From Selaginella moellendorffii (Eukaryota; Plantae; Lycopodiophyta), in assembly GCF_000143415.4 (NCBI RefSeq), contig NW_003314414.1, positions 91,626-155,625 of the forward strand: a DNA stretch of 64,000 bases, read 5' to 3'. Each line of letters opens with the position of its first letter. Within the stretch, counting starts at the first letter, position 1. Below the pieces are notes generated by a model. It did not search any database and was not told where the DNA came from. It was given only the letters and a program-made list of their open reading frames with translations. Below are positions 61,596-64,000 of the stretch, piece by piece. A program made the translations under genes and the position numbers.

Positions 61596-64000
61596 AAGCT
61601 CTATTTCGTTAAAGTGGGAATTGTCATTATCCCACTTGTAAAATAAGGTTTCCAAACCTTTATATAGTATATAAATATAACAAAATTCAACTGCATTGAG
61701 GCACATGCCATTTTATTTTAAACAAGGAAATGTCTACTCAATCACTTCTCCTCCCCCTGCCACTGCTTCACCTCTCTCTTCTCCTTGTCATCGTCGTCCA
61801 ATTTCTTTCCATCCTTTTAATATTGGCTCAGTTGCTCCGAGTCTAGGTGGAGCCCAAGTCCCCATTCAATCTTTACTTTCCCCTTATTAATAAAAAAACT
61901 TCGTAAACTTCCAATAACATGCTGTAACACTTCTAGTATAATGCAAATCCTCTCAAAGAATTGTCTTTTAATATTAATACAATGGCATGGAACCCCATGC
62001 CATAATAAGTTACATTTTTAAATAAATACATGCCATCTCAGACTGTTATTTTTTGCCTCCAACGCCTATACAATAATCTTGGAATTTCATCACTCTCCAC
62101 ACTATCAGGATTTAAACCCAATAGTAATGCCATCTCTTCTCTAATACGTCCACGCTCATGTTCAGTGGTCGAAGAACCCATCCGGTTGAGCAGATTATGG
62201 AGATGCGGATAGTGCTTGGCTAGACAATATACATGCCATAAATGATGACTGGTGTCTGTCCGATCAAATGGCTTCTGATATACCGTTTCATCTGCCATTT
62301 GGTTGATTTCTGCAGCCACCTCCTGGACTGGCCGGTTCTCTATCACCATCGCTTCAAGCCGTTTTGCAAGGTCCCCCAGAACATACGGTTTCTTCTCCCT
62401 AGTTTCCATACTGCAAGAGATGGGGTGCACTGCATATGTGTGCGTGTTCGCTGCAATTTTAATCGGCGAGTCATCAATGATGAGGATTTCACTTGACCTA
62501 GCAGTCCGGTTCATCACTACAGCCTCTGCCTTGACGAAGATGGGCTTGCTACCCCTCACATGGACCATAGTCAAGCAATCCTCCTGCGTTAGGAGAAAGT
62601 CAAATGGTAATATTACTCGCGTCTGATCGTGCATCATCTGTAGCAACGTTAATGCATTGTGGCGCATCATGGATGTCCAAACTCCCAATTGCAAATTGAA
62701 CCCGGCCCTCTGTTTTAAGTGTCGCATGGTCATTATTAGATCCCGCAGTTTCTCCCGTGTGATTAATGTGAATCTGTCTCTTTTGACCAACTTGCGACCG
62801 CAGGCTTTGGAGGGTGCAGTGACATTCGAGGACGAGCCACGCTCATGGGAGAAAAGGACACCGTTCAGATCAAAAACGATACAGTACTTTCGCCGTGATT
62901 CTGAAATGAAATGCGTCAGCATAAAAAATGGTACAAGTCAATTTTACCATCTACAATATTAGCGAATGGTGCTCCCGATGGTCGTTCAGAGGGTTTTGGT
63001 CGAGGAAACGTGAAGGGCGGAAATACTCTCCTCTGCAATGTGGGGTCAATCGCATCCGATGGCGTGTGGGCACATGCCATTTCAGCTGTAGACTCTGGTA
63101 CAACTGGCTCAACAGTGGCATGGGGTGGTTCCGATGGCGTGTGATCACACGCCATTTCAGCTGGTGCCTCCGTTGGCAAAGTGGACATGACCGAACAGGC
63201 AGCAGGGGCGGTGTAGGGAGGTTCCAACGGCGCGTAGTCAGACGATTGGGCACACGTTGGAAATGAGGATACGACCGGCTCGGCGGCTGGGGCGGCCTCA
63301 TGCGGGTCCAATGGCGCCTGGTCACCGTCAGTTGGATACGTGGACAAGATTGACTCAGTGGTATGGGCAGCATCAAGTGGAGCGTGGTCAGCTTGCTTGG
63401 CGTTGATATGGATAGTAGCCTCCACCAGCTCTGATGACTCTTGCAGGCAAGTAGAGTCCACTGGCGGATCCATATGCATGTCCAAATATCTCCCTTCGAT
63501 TGAGATGGTATCCTCCCGTGCTACTAAAAACAAACTCATTAGCACATTGAATCGACTATACTGTATTTACCATCAATTGCTATTGAGGAACTAGGACCGA
63601 TATCACTTGGGCGCACTGCTGATTCTGAAGGATTGGACATACGTTTCGACCCTTGCTTGGCACTATCCTTCCTCGACACTAAAGGCTAGAGTTTGTATCT
63701 TAATTCAACTGAATAATCTCTACTTACCATTTCTTCTGCGACCTACATGGACAATGTTAGAAATGGTAAAAGGTTAGGAATGGATGTACTATTATTTACC
63801 TGATGGTTTGTCTTGTATGACCTTCCTCCGCTGCTCTTTGGCCACCTCAGGCTGGCCATCGTCGTCATCATCGTCATCGTCGTTATTGTGATCGTCACCA
63901 TTGTGAGGACCATCCAAGTCCTCTTCGTCCTCCTCTTCTTCGTCCTCCTCTTCTTCGTCCTCCTCTTCTTCGTCCTCCTCTTCTTTGTCCTCCTCTTCGT
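61596..64000 (-). mobile_element. TIR DNA transposon copy C (right end; continues beyond the window)
   Basis: TIR AAGCTCTATTTCGTTAAAGTGGGA at 61596; reverse complement of the right arm of copy B, including the HAD exon 62038-62922. Confidence 0.92.

Overview
Repeat-dense plant nuclear DNA with no recognisable host gene. TTTAGGG repeats, ~50-56 nt GT-AG introns and a hammerhead-bearing Penelope-like element suggest a lycophyte such as Selaginella; this is an inference. Contents in order: (1) a decayed L1-type LINE on the minus strand (~400-8918); (2) a 26S rRNA fragment with nested restarts; (3) three copies of a non-coding, Copia-derived LTR element, one intact with an AAAGC TSD and nested inside another; (4) three copies of a 13.6-kb TIR DNA transposon: truncated copy A 16595-26374, full-length copy B 26625-40217, and copy C from 61596 off the window end; (5) a Penelope-like RT with two tandem hammerhead ribozymes flanking telomeric repeats; (6) a second L1-type LINE. 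The most striking object is the DNA transposon. Besides a Sola-like DDD transposase, it carries a divergently transcribed multi-exon accessory gene: ParB/Srx-like domain, then a possible decayed MTase-like segment, an acidic linker and an FCP1/NIF-type HAD domain. About 25 copies of a 22-bp palindrome (ATGGCRTGWGGCCWCAYGCCAT) are spread along it, many inside tiny introns. This is a candidate element-encoded protein/cognate-site system (parS-like, or VANC-like anti-silencing). Swapped 4-bp TSDs also indicate that 40218-61595 is inverted between copies B and C.
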